Assembly (NCBI RefSeq): GCF_018977255.1 | Contig: NW_024705440.1 | Location: forward strand, 1 to 44,479 | Reading direction: 5' to 3' | Source: Callorhinchus milii | Taxonomy: Eukaryota | Length of the DNA stretch: 44,479 bases | Translations under genes and position numbers: made by a program | The notes under the pieces: model-generated | Told to the model about the DNA's origin: nothing | The model's database searches: none | Seen by the model: the letters and a program-made list of their open reading frames with translations, nothing else | Shown: positions 31,891 through 44,479 of the stretch, in pieces | Numbering within the stretch: the stretch's first letter is position 1 | Layout of the letters: every line of letters begins with the position of its first letter

Positions 31891-33370
31891 CAGATACTTC
31901 AATGGTTTAGGTCCTATCTCTCACACCCACTCCACTTTGCCTCCACAAATGGCTTCTGCTCCAGTCCTCGCAACATCTTGTGCAGTGTTCCTCAGGGCTG
32001 TGTCCTGGGTCTCTCCTCTTCAACCGGTACATGTTCCCTGTGGTGACATCATCCGCAGACATGGGTTCAACATGCACATGTACGTGGATGACACCCAACC
32101 CGATCTCTTTGCTACCAACATCAGCCCCAGGACGATTGATGTTCTGACAGACTGTCTGTCAGACTTCATGTCCTGGATGAGAGCCAACTTTCTACAGTTG
32201 AATGTCAGCAATACTGAGGTTCCTCTGATTGGCTTTCGCCATCGCCTCCGCACTTCAGGCAGTGGCAGTATCAGCATCCAAATAATAATAATAATAATAA
32301 TCCTTGCATTTGATATAGCACTTTTTACGTCGGGAGGACGTCCCAAAGTGCTTCACAGAACACACTGTATAGTGAATTGACTGCATATTTGTGCGCGAAT
32401 GCGGCAGCCAATTGCGCACAGCAATGTCCCACAAACAGTCATAGATTGAAAATGACCAATTTATTATTGTTTTTGGTTTTGGAGGGATTATTATTAGGCT
32501 CTGTGTGGAGTAAGGAAACTTGCCCAAGGTTTCGCCCTCTGCCTGGAATTGAACTCAGGTCTCTCGCTTGCAAAGCGAGTGCTCTACCACTGAGCTACAG
32601 GACTCCAAGGATGCACAGTCCACCTCACCAAGCCAATCAGGAATCTGGGCATCTGGTTTGACTCTCGACAGTCCTTTACACCCACATCCATGATATTACC
32701 AACTCTGGCTTCCCCCAATTCTGCAACATTGCCTAACTCCGCCAGCGCCTCACCCCACAGGCCACTGAAACCCTCATACATGACTTCATTATAAATAGGC
32801 TCATCATCCCAATGTCTTGATTGCCAACTTCCCAACTCTTCCCTCAAAAGCTACAGATCATCCAGAGCTCTGCAGCTTATTTACTATCCTCCACCAGGCT
32901 CTGTGACCCCTTCAAACTCAGTTGGCTCCACTGGCTCCACATCCATCAGAGGATCAAGTTCAAAGTTCTCGCCCCTCCCTTCCAGGCTTTCAATGGCCTT
33001 GCACCTCCTACCTCACCTATTCCCTTAGCAATCTGTCTGCTCTCTCCGCTCAGCATGCTCAGGCCCACCCCATGCTCCCTGCCCAGTCCATCCCACCATT
33101 GGTGGTTGGGCCATCAGCTTCTCTGCCTCCACCGTCTAGAACCCCATCACACACTCCCTCCGTCTTGCTCCCTCCCTTGTTTTTTTCAAGGAATGCAGCA
33201 AGGCCCTCCTCTTCGAACGTGTTTTCAGCCACTCTCCTCCCCTCTCGGCCCTCCACCGTCCCTGATCTCAATGCCCCACTGCCACTTGGGTCCTAATCCC
33301 TGACTGTTCAGCTTGGGATGACTTGGGATGTCATTCTGATATGAAAGGTGCTTTACAAATGTAATACTGT
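31891..33370 (+). mobile_element. Decayed L2 LINE fragment (unit 3)
   Basis: Paralog of 21745-23225. Confidence 0.82.
32281..32607 (-). mobile_element. tRNA-derived SINE (unit 3)
   Basis: Paralog of 22136-22460. Confidence 0.85.
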
Positions 33371-34319
33371 AGTGTGTTTTATCCTCCAAATGCCTCAGCG
33401 TGCTTCACTGACAATAAGTAAAGACACTGAGTGGAGGCATTGAGAAAATCAGGAACATTTCACGTAAAAAAAAAGCAGGTAATAAATAAGATATAAAATA
33501 CAAATCTTTTAATGAAACATATTCTTAGATTTCGGATGAAAATATATACTTCTTTATGACAAATTATAAAAATTAGCAACAGCCAAACATCATGTAAAAC
33601 TGTAATACGGTGCCGTAAGGAAATACCTGACATTTCAGTAGATTGGGGCGAGCCAAATAAAGAAAACTAGCTGGGAATTTACTGGTGGAAATGAGTCCTC
33701 TGAGGAACTGAATGATTGGTTACCAGGTTTGATTTGGGATAAACCCGATAGACAGCTGGTGCTGCAAAGTCACCAAATCCAACATGTAGCAGCTCTTTCC
33801 AACAAATGATAATAATAATATTAATAATAATAATATTAATCCTTGCATTGGATATGGCACCTTATCATGTCATTGAGACATCTGAAAGCGCTTCACAGGA
33901 AACATTGCAAAGTGTTTGACTGTATGTTTTGTGTGCGAAATGCTGCAGCCAATTATGCACAGCAGTGTCCCACAACCAGTTATCCCAATAATCCAGATGA
34001 ATCAATAAATATTAATAAATTAACATGGATATAAATAATAATAAATTAATTAACACAAAGAGGCGTCAACAAACTCACAAATAAATATAGCAAATTTTTA
34101 CTGTTTTCAAAGACTCTGTGAATGAACTACCGCAACCACATTGACGGCGTCTTAATATCAAAAGTATCTATGATCCATTTAGCATTTCTTAAAAATATAA
34201 TAACAAGAACAATAATAAAAATTGCTTTTGAAAATAAATATAATTTAATATAAATTAAGGAGTTTCTTTATAAATAGTCATTGATCTTTTTTCTCAAACG
34301 AATGATCTTCAGATGACCT

Positions 34320-35828
34320 TCAGTTTCCTTTCGTCATTCTTGCTGTTAAGATGAGGACTTGCTGTAAGCGAGCTCGGGTCTCCATCCGGATCACTTCCCA
34401 AGCACAGGCGCTGTACCTCTACAATAGACACAAAGAGGCAGGAATGGTGATTAATGACAGTTGCAATTAAATGGAATAAAATGTCTCTTTTTTTATGAGC
34501 AAAAATGATACGATCGGATATAATGTGGTACCTTCTCTTTGAGAAAGTTTTGCAGCTTCCTGAAGTAAGTGTGGATGGTGGAGAGGGCGCTCAGCTTGGA
34601 ATCAGATGCTGAATCCTGGATGCAATCCTTCACCACGTCCCGCTGAGTGACCAGAAGTTCCCGGAAGTGATTCACCTGTGTCAGGTCCCAGGTGACGGAC
34701 TTCATGTTTTTATGGAAAATTTTGTTGAGGTGTTGGAATGTCTTATGCAGCAGCAGAATTCTGTCGTTGTTCTGTGAAAACACACACATGTTCTCATTAA
34801 TATCCTCAAACTGCTTTCCTCCCTTTCGCTTTCGGTGGCTGCACTTCCAGCCACTGTACCCTGAAACTCTGGAACTCTCTTCCGCTCTCTCTCGGCCTTG
34901 CCACCTGCTTCCCCATCTTCAGATTATTCCTGAAGACCTTCCTCATCGACCGTGTTAATGGTCACTTATCCAGCTCGGTGTTGTGCTCCATCACTGTGAA
35001 GTGACTCTGAGACACTCCCCTGAGTGAGGGGCAAGTTGTTGTTGTCAATCTCTCCTTGTCACCATTTCATTAATCATAATCTTTCCCGAGTTCATAGAAT
35101 CATAGAATTATACAGCACAGAAGGAGAGCATTCGGAACATCGTGTGTGTGCCGACGGTTTGAAAAGAGCTTTTCCAAGTTCCAAGTTCCCAACCCCATTC
35201 CCCCGCTCCCTTCCCATTACACTTGTACTCCCCAAATAATTATCTACTAGTCTCTGAAAATTGTTATCGAATCGGCATCCACCACCCTTCAGTTGTCCTC
35301 TCAAAAGCTGACAGAAATTTGCTGACCTTCTCATAAGCGCTCTGTCCCAGACAAAGCAATGCCCACACTCCCAGCTTTACTCCAGCAAACTCCTCATTTA
35401 TACTCAGCACTTTGTTGCGGAATTGCCTTTTCACCTATCACACTAACTGCACAGAAACCAGCAGGACCTCACCGTGTCTTGCTGTATCCTTGCATTTAAT
35501 GCAGCGACTGCAGCATCCAAACGTGTCCCTAAACTCTGCCGGAGGGGCGATGGTGTGAGACCGAGGAAAGAGCCGCTATTGACTCACCTGTAAAGGCTGC
35601 AACAACAGGCGCAGGTCCGGGGAGGCGATTCCCTGCTCCGCTCCGACTGCCACACAATGTCTGGGCACACGGCCTCCCTGTAACACACATCACCATCAGT
35701 CAGTCAGTCAGTCATTCAGTGAGAATCTTCCCCATCCATCACCAGCCCCGGACACACATGGCCTCACACAGCCGCTGCTGCTGATGGGAAGCGTTCGATC
35801 ACCAATACGCGGTGCGCGCCGTGAGAGA

Positions 35829-35859
<31 letters not shown>

Positions 35860-36012
35860 GCAGGTGTGAACCAACTCACTTACCATCTCATCCAAGGTGT
35901 TGAGAGTTGTTGCGATCAGAATTTTCTGTAACCGCAGCGTGGAGCAGCCCAGAGTCAGGGAGACGCACAGCATCGCAAACAAACTGAGACCGCACTGGTA
36001 ATGGACAGCCAT
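34320..36012 (-). CDS. Type I interferon IFN-C copy 4, 185 aa
   Basis: Exons 35884-36012, 35588-35677, 34532-34771 and 34320-34418. Variants: VTQRD, IQD, SKL, LQNFLKEK, RARLQQVL. Confidence 0.94.
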
Positions 36013-37063
36013 TCTACAAATCGGCGAGAGGCGATGAAGCGAAGGTGTCCACTAGTGATGGCTGTTGGTCAAGTTGGGAGCTGTTCCTTCTTGGATGTGT
36101 GAGCAGGAGCGCAGCAGAGGTCCAACCGCTTGTATCAGAGCTGATCCACACGGTGCCGGGCTGGCGAGACGGGCTTTTACGGTAACCAGCATTCTTACAT
36201 GTCAAAAGCGAAATCCTGAGGTTCTGATGGAAGATGGAATCCAAAACCCGGGGATTTCAGGAACTAAACGGAAAGTTTTGGAAGACTCCGCAGCTCTGCA
36301 CAGCGCCACTCGCAGGGCCGCCGCTCACTCTCACTCACTTTCGGATCCAATTACAAATAGAAAGTTAAACGATACCGACTCCGGATTTGGCTTTGGGACC
36401 CAGGAGAATGTGTGTGTGTGGGGGTGGGGTGGGGGGAAGGGGGTGTTCTGGTTGAGGAGGGGTGTGTGATTCGGTTGAGGGGCTGCCATGTTAGAGGAGA
36501 GGTCTCTGGACACAGCCAATCGTCAGCATTAACCACGAGTGGAGTCAGACTGCGATTTGCACCAACTCTCTCTCTCTCTGTCATTGCATTTAATGTTGTG
36601 ACATTTTACAACCTCCAAACACATCAGAATACTTCGCTGACAACCTTGTGCCTTTCCTGTTGATAACCACCGATTGATTTTGAAGTTTAACTCCACTTCC
36701 TATATGTGCTGTCAGGTACCTCTACAATTAACCCTTTCAGCCAAGAGCCCACTCATGTCCATCACGCCGCTCGCAGGGCCGCCGCTCACTCTCACTCACT
36801 TTCGGATCCAATTATAAATTGAAAGTTAAACGATACCGACTCCGGTTTTCGCTTTGTGGTCAAAGAGAATGTGTGTTTGGGGGGAAGTGGGGGGGGGGGG
36901 GGTTCTGGTTGAGGAGGGGTGTGTGATTCGGTTGAGGGGCTGCGATGTCAGAGGAGAGGTCTCTGGACACAGCCAATCGTCAGCATTAACCACGAGTGGA
37001 GTCAGACTGCGATTTACACCAACTCTCTCTCTCTCTATCATTGCATTTAATGTTGTGACATTT

Positions 37064-38530
37064 CAGATCCTTCAATGTTTAAGGTCCTATCGCTCACACC
37101 TACTCCACTTTGCCTCCACAAATGGCTTCTGCTCCAGTCCTCGCAACATCTTGTGCAGTGTTCCTCAGGGCTGTGTCCTGAGTCTCTCCTCTTCAACCGG
37201 TACATGTTCCCTGTGGTGGCATCATCCGCAGACATGGGTTCAACATGAACATGTACGTGGATGACACCCAACCCGATCTCTTTGCTACCAACATCAGCCC
37301 CAGGACGATTGATGTTCTGATAGACTGTCGGTCAGACTTGTCCTGGATGAGAGCCAACTTTCTACAGTTGAATGTCAGCAATACTGAGGTTCCACTGATT
37401 GGATTTCGCCGTCGCCTCCGCACATCAGGCAGTGGCAGTATCAGCATCCAAATAATAATAATAATAATAATCCTTGCATTTGATATATGCTTTTCACGTC
37501 GGGAGGATGTCCCAAAGCGCTTCACAGAACACACTGTAATGTGAATTGACTGTATATTTGTGGGTGAACGCGGCAGCCAATTGCGCACAGCAATGTCCCA
37601 CAAACAGTCATAGATTGAAAATGACCAATTTATTATTGTTTTTGGTTTTGGAGGGATTATTATTAGGCTCTGTGTGGAGTAAGGAAACTTGCCCAAGGTT
37701 TCGCCCTCTGCCTGGAATTGAACTCAGGTCTCTCGCTTGCAAAGCGAGTGCTCTACCACTGAGCTACAGGACTCCAAGGATGCACAGTCCACCTCACCAA
37801 GCCAATCAGGAATCTGGGCATTTGGTTTGACTCTCGACAGTCCTTTACACCCACATCCATGATATTACCAACTCTGGCTTCCCCCAACTCTGCAACATTG
37901 CCTAACTCCGCCAGCGCCTCACCCCACAGGCCACTGAAACCCTCATACATGACTTCATTATAAATATGCTCATCATCCCAATGTCTTGATTGCCAACTTT
38001 CCCAACTCTTCCGTCCAAAAGCTACAGATCATCCAGAGCTCTACAGCTCATGTCCTATCCTGCACCGGGCTCTGTGACCCCTTCAAACTCACCATAGGTG
38101 GCTCCACTGGCTCCACAACCATTAAAAATTCTTGCTCTTCCCTTCAAGGCTTTCAATGGCCTTGCACCTCCTACCTCACTTATCCCCTTAGCAATCTGTC
38201 TGCTCTCTCCGCTCAGCATGCTCAGGCCCACCCCATGCTCCCTGCCCAGTCCATCCCACCATTGGTGGTTGCGCCATCAGCTTCTCTGCCTCCACCGTCT
38301 AGAACCCCATCATACACTCCCTCCGTCTTGCTCCCTCCCTTGTTTTTTTCAAGGAATGCAGCAAGGCCCTCCTCTTTGAACGTGTTTTCAGCCACTCTCC
38401 TCCCCTCTCTGCCCTCCACCGTCCATGATCTGAATGCCCCACTGCCACTTGGGTCCTAATCCCTGACTGTTCAGCTTGGGATGACTTGGGATGTCATTCT
38501 GATATGAAAGGTGCTTTACAAATGTAATAC
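37064..38530 (+). mobile_element. Decayed L2 LINE fragment (unit 4)
   Basis: Paralog of 21745-23225. Confidence 0.82.
37451..37776 (-). mobile_element. tRNA-derived SINE (unit 4)
   Basis: Paralog of 22136-22460. Confidence 0.85.
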
Positions 38531-39481
38531 TGTAGTGCGTTGTATCCTCCAAATGCCTCAGCGTGCTTCACTGACAATAAGTAAAGACACTGAGTGGAGG
38601 CATTGAGAAAATCAGGAACATTTCACGTAAAAAAAAAGCAGGTAATAAATAAGATATAAAATACAAATCTTTTAATGAAACATATTCTTAGATTTGGATG
38701 AAAATATATACTTCTTTATGACAAATTATAAAAATTAGCAACAGCCAAACATCATGTAAAATTGTAATACGGTGTCGTAAGGAAATACCTGACATTTCAG
38801 TAGATTGGGGCGAGCCAAATAAAGAAAACTAGCTGGGAATTTACTGGTGGAAATGAGTCCTCTGAGGAGCTGAATGATTGGTTACCAGGTTTGATTTGGG
38901 ATAAACCCGATAGACAGCTGGTGCTGCAAAGTCACCAAATCCAACATGTAGCAGCTCTTTCCAACAAATGATAATAATAATATTAATAATAATAATATTA
39001 ATCCTTGCATTGGATATGGCACCTTATCATGTCATTGAGACATCTGAAAGCGCTTCACAGGAAACATTGCAAAGTGTTTGACTGTATGTTTTGTGTGCGA
39101 AATGCTGCAGCCAATTATGCACAGCAGTGTTCCACAACCAGTTATCCCAATAATCCAGATGAATCAATAAATATTAATAAATTAACATGGATATAAATAA
39201 TAATAAATTAATTAACACAAAGAGGCGTCAACAAACTCACAAATAAATATAGCAAATTTTTACTGTTTTCAAAGACTCTGTGAATGAACTACCGCAACCA
39301 CATTGACGGCGTCTTAATATCAAAAGTATCTATGATCCATTTAGCATTTCTTAAAAATATAATAACAAGAACAATAATAAAAATTGCTTTTGAAAATAAA
39401 TATAATTTAATATAAATTAAGGAGTTTCTTTATAAATAGTCATTGATCTTTTTTCTCAAACGAATGATCTTCAGATGACCT

Positions 39482-41172
39482 TCAGTTTCCTTTCGTCATT
39501 CTTGCTGTTAAGATGAGGATTTGCTGTAAGTGAGCTCGGGTCTCCATCCGGATCACTTCCCAAGCACAGGCGCTGTATCTCTACAATAGACACACAGAGG
39601 CAGGAATTGTGATTAACGACAGTTGCAATTAAATGGAATAAAATGTCTCTTTTTTTATGAGCAAAAATGATACGATCGGATATAATGTGGTACCTTCGCT
39701 TTGAGAAAGTTTTGCAGCTTCCTGAAGTAAGTGTGGATGGTTGAGAGGGCGCTCAGCTTGGAATCAGATGCTGAATCATGGATGCAATCCTTCACCACGT
39801 CCCGCTGAGTGACCAGAAGTTCCCGGAAGTGATTCACCTGCGTCAGGTCCCAGGTGACGGATTTCATGTTTTTATGGAAAATCTTGTTGAGGTGTTGGAA
39901 TGTCTTATGCAGCAGCAGAATTCTGTCGTTGTTCTGTGAAAACACACACATGTTCTCATTAATATCTTCAAACTGCTTTCCTCCATTTCGCTTTCGGTGG
40001 CTGCACTTCCAGCCACTGTACCCTGAAACTCTGGAACTCTCTTCCGCTCTCTCTCGGCCTTGCCACCTCCTTCCCCATCTTCAGATCATTCATGAAGACC
40101 TTCCTCATCGACCGTGTTAATGGTCACTTATCCAGCTCGGTGTTGTGCTCCATCACTGTGAAGTGACTCTGAGACACTCCCCTGAGTGAGGGGCAAGTTG
40201 TTGTTGTCAATCTCTCCTTGTCACCATTTCATTAATCATAACCTTTCCCGAGTTCATAGAATCATAGAATTATACAGCACAGAAGGAGAGCATTCGGAAC
40301 ATCGTGTGTGTGCCGACGGTTTGAAAAGAGCTTTTCCAAGTTCCAAGTTCCCAACCCCATTCCCCCGCTCCCTTCCCATTACACTTGTACTCCCCAAATA
40401 ATTATCTACTAGTCTCTGAAAATTGTTAACGAATCGGCATCCACCACCCTTCAGTTGTCCTCTCAAAAGCTGACAGAAATTTGCTGACCTTCTCATAAGC
40501 GCTCTGTCCCTGACAAAGCAATGCCCACACTCCCAGCTTTACTCCAGCAAACTCCTCATTTATACTCAGCACTTTGTTGCGGAATTGCCTTTTCACCTAT
40601 CACACTAACTGCACAGAAACCAGCAGGACCTCACCGTGTCTTGCTGTATCCTTGCATTTAATGCAGCGACTGCAGCATCCAAACGTGTCCCTAAACTCTG
40701 CCGGAGGGGCGATGGTGTGAGACCGAGGAAAGAGCCGCTATTGACTCACCTGCAAAGGCTGCAACAACAGGCGCAGGTCCGGGGAGGCGATTCCCTGCTC
40801 CGCTCCGACTGCCACACAATGTCTGGGCACACGGCCTCCCTGTAACACACATCACCATCAGTCAGTCAGTCAGTCATTCAGTGAGAATCTTCCCCATCCA
40901 TCACCAGCCCCGGACACACATGGCCTCACACAGCCATTGCTGCTGATGGGAAGCGTTTGATCACCAATACGCGGTGCGCGCCGTGAGAGAGAGGGAGAGA
41001 GAGAGAGAAAGAGAGAGAGGCAGGTGTGAACCAACTCACTTACCATCTCATCCAAGGTGTTGAGAGTTGTTGCGATCAGAATTTTCTGTAACCGCAGCGT
41101 GGAGCAGCCCAGAGTCAGGGAGACGCACAGCATCGCAAACAAACTGAGACCGCACTGGTAATGTACAGCCAT
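39482..41172 (-). CDS. Type I interferon IFN-C copy 5, 185 aa
   Basis: Exons 41044-41172, 40750-40839, 39694-39933 and 39482-39580. Variants: VTQRD, IHD, SKL, LQNFLKAK. Confidence 0.94.
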
Positions 41173-42597
41173 TCTTCAAATCGGCGAGAGGCGATGAAGC
41201 GAAGGTGTCCACTAGTGATGGCTGTTGGTCAAGTTGGGAGCTGTTCCTTCTTGGATGTGTGAGCAGGAGCGCAGCAGAGGTCCAACCGCTTGTATCAGAG
41301 CTGATCCACACGGTGCCGGGCTGGCGAGACGGGCTTTTACGGTAACCAGCATTCTTACATGTCAAAAGCGAAATCCTGAGGTTCTGATGGAAGATGGAAT
41401 CCAAAACCCGGGGATTTCAGGAACTAAACGGAAAGTTTTGGAAGACTCCGCAGCTCTGCACAGCGCCACTCGCAGGGCCGCCGCTCACTCTCACTCACTT
41501 TCGGATCCAATTACAAATAGAAAGTTAAACGATACCGACTCCGGATTTGGCTTTGGGACCCAGGAGAATGTGTGTGTGTGGGGGTGGGGTGGGGGAAGGG
41601 GGTGTTCTGGTTGAGGAGGGGTGTGTGATTCGGTTGAGGGGCTGCCATGTTAGAGGAGAGGTCTCTGGACACAGCCAATCGTCAGCATTAACCACGAGTG
41701 GAGTCAGACTGCGATTTGCACCAACTCTCTCTCTCTCTCTGTCATTGCATTTCATGTTGTGACATTTTACAACCTCCAAACACATCAGCATACTTCGCTG
41801 ACAACCTTGTGCCTTTCCTGTTGATAACCACCGATTGATTTTGAAGTTTAACTCGACCTCCTATATGTGCTGTCAGGTACCTCTACAATTAACCCTTTCA
41901 GCCAAGAGCCCCCTCATGTCCATCACGCCGCTCGCAGGGCCGCCGCTCACTCTCACTCACTTTCGGATCCAATTATAAATTGAAAGTTAAACGATACCGA
42001 CTCCGGATTTCGCTTTGTGGTCAAAGAGAATGTGTGTTTGGGGGAAGGGGGGGGGTTCTGGTTGAGGAGGGGTGGGTTGTGGGGCTGCCATGTTAGAGGA
42101 GAGGTCTCTGGACACAGCCAATCGTCAGCATTAACCACGAGTGGAGTCAGACTGCGATTTGCACCAACTCTCTCTCTCTCTCATTGCATTTAATGTTGTG
42201 ACATTTCAGATTCTTCAATGGTTTAGGTCCTATCTCTCACACCCACTCCACTTTGCCTCCACAAATGGCGTCTGCTCCAGTCCTCGCAACATCGTGTGCA
42301 GTGTTCCTCAGGGTTGTGTCCTGGGTCTCTCCTCTTCAACCGGTACATGTTCCCTGTGGTGACATCATCCGCAGACATGGGTTCAAAATGAACATGTACG
42401 TGGATCACACCCAACCCGATCTCTTTGCTACCAACATCAGCCCCAGGACGATTGATGTTCTGACAGACTGTCTGTCAGACTTCATGTCCTGGATGAGAGC
42501 CAACTTTCTACAGTTGAATGTCAGCAATACTGAGGTTCCACTGATTGGCTTTCGCCATCGCCTCCGCACATCAGGCAGTGGCAGTATCAGCATCCAA

Positions 42598-42930
42598 ATA
42601 ATAATAATAATAATAATAATAATCCTGGCATTTGATATAGCGCTTTTCACATCGGGAGGACGTCCCAAAGCACTTCACAGAACACACTATAAAGTGAATT
42701 GACTATATAATTGTGGGCGAACGCGGCAGCCAATTGCGCACAGCAATGTCCCAAAAACAGTCGTAGATTGAAAATGACCAATTTATTATTGTTTCTGGTT
42801 GTGGAGGGATTATTATTAGGCTCTGTGTGGAGTAAGGAAACGTGCCGAAGGTTTCGCCCTCTGCCTGGAATTGAACTCAGGTCTCTCACTTACAAAGCGA
42901 GTGCTCTAACCACTGAGCTGCAGGACTCCA
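42598..42930 (-). mobile_element. tRNA-derived SINE (unit 5, shared site)
   Basis: Paralog of 27291-27623. Confidence 0.85.
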
Positions 42931-43623
42931 AGGATGCACGGTCCACCTCATCAAGCCAGTCAGGAACCTGGGTATCTGGTTTGACTCTCAACAGTCCTTT
43001 TCACCCACATCCATGATATTACCAACTCTGGCTTCCCCCAATTCTGCAACATTGCCTAACGCCGCCAGCGTCTCACCCCACAGGCCACTGAGACCCTCAT
43101 ACATGACTTCATTATAACTAGGCTCATCATCCCAATGTCTTGATTGCCAACCTTCCCAACTCTTCCCTTCAAAAGCTGCAGAACATCCAGAGCTCTGCAG
43201 CTTATGTCCTATCCTGCACCAGGCTCTGTGACCCCTTCAAACTCACCATAGGTGGCTCCACTGGCTCCACATCCATCAGAGGATCAAGCTCAAAATTCTC
43301 GCCCCTCCCTTCCAGGCTTTCAATGGCCTTGCACCTCCTACCTCACCTATCCCCTTAGCAATCTGTCTGCTCTCTCCGCTCAGCATGCTCTGGCCCGCCC
43401 CATGCTCCCTGCCCAGTCCATCCCACCATTGGTGGTTGGGCCCTCAGCTTCTCTGCCTCCACCATCTAGAACCCCATCACACACTCCCTCCGTCTTGCTC
43501 CCTTCCTTGTTTTTTTCAAGGAACGCAGCAAGGCCCTCCTATTCGAACGTGTTTTCGGCCACTCTCCTCCCCTCTCTGCCGTCCACCGTCCCTGATCTCA
43601 ATGCCCCACTGCCACTCAGGTCC

Positions 43624-43654
<31 letters not shown>

Positions 43655-43952
43655 CCTTGCATTTGATATAGCGCTTTTCACGTCGGGAGGACGTCCCAAA
43701 GCATTTCACAGAACAGACTGTAAAGTGAATTGACTGTATATTTGTGGGCGAACGCGGCAGCCAATTGCGCACAGCAATGTCCCACAAACAGTCGTAGATT
43801 GAAAATGACCAATTTATTATTGTTTTTGTTTTTTCGGAGGGATTATTATTAGGCTCTGTGTGGAGTAAGGAAACTTGCCCAAGGTTTCGCCCTCTGCCTG
43901 GAATTGAACTCAGGTGTTGAGTGCTCTAACCACTGAGCTACAGGACTCCACA
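43624..43952 (-). mobile_element. tRNA-derived SINE (unit 5, second insertion)
   Basis: Paralog of 28317-28645. Confidence 0.85.
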
Positions 43953-44479
43953 TAATCCCTGACTGTTCAGCTTGGGATGACTTGGGATGTCATTCTGATA
44001 TGAAAGGTGCTTTACAAATGTAATACTGTAGTGCGTTGTATCCTCCAAATGCCTCAGCGTGCTTCACTGACAATAAGTAAAGACACTGAGTGGAGGCATT
44101 GAGAAAATCAGGAACATTTCACGTAAAAAAAAAGCAGGTAATGAATAAGATATAAAATACAAATCTTTTAATGAAACATATTCTTAGATTTCGGATGAAA
44201 ATATATAATTCTTCATGACAAATTATAAAAATTAACAATAGCCAAACATCATGTAAAACTGTAATACAGTATCATAAGGAAATACCTGACATTTCAGTAG
44301 ATTGGGGGGAGCCAAATAAAGAAAACTAGCTGGGAATTTACTGGTGGAAATGAGTCCTCTGAGGAACGGAGTGATTGATTACCAGATAGACAGCTGGTGC
44401 TGCAAAGTCACCAAATCCAACTTGTACCATCTCTTTACAGCAAATGATAATAATAATATTAATATAATAATATTAATTC

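Larger units (their letters stand above)
42207..44020 (+). mobile_element. Decayed L2 LINE fragment (unit 5) with two SINE insertions
   Basis: Near-identical to 26900-28720. Confidence 0.82.
18965..44479. repeat. Tandem segmental duplication array (IFN-C + L2/SINE spacer), five units plus the start of a sixth
   Basis: ATG-to-ATG spacings are 4676, 5470, 4678 and 5160 bp. The window end matches about position 29172, i.e. the 3' flank of a further copy. Confidence 0.95.

Overview
Vertebrate genomic DNA, most likely from a cartilaginous fish; a chimaera/elephant-shark-like genome is inferred from the compact introns and the L2/CR1/tRNA-SINE repeats. The left 8.8 kb holds a complete minus-strand PLEKHM1 gene (11 coding exons, about 1023 aa; RUN, two PH and C-terminal Rubicon-homology/Cys-rich domains). 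A CpG-rich promoter region with two minisatellites follows. The rest is a cluster of seven intact, intron-containing type I interferon genes, all with 4 coding exons and phase-0 introns: a divergent 2-cysteine gene (IFN-A, minus), a 5-cysteine gene (IFN-B, plus), and five near-identical tandem copies (IFN-C1 to C5, minus). The five copies sit in 4.7-5.5 kb segmental repeat units that each carry an L2 fragment with a nested tRNA-Ala SINE, and the array continues past the window end. The most notable points are the paired Cys->Ser loss of one disulfide in IFN-A, the 4-exon IFN architecture, the mosaic tandem expansion with promoter-block duplication, an in-frame duplicated splice acceptor in IFN-A, and apparent absence of the PLEKHM1 LIR motif. 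IFN-A/B/C are working labels, not gene names.
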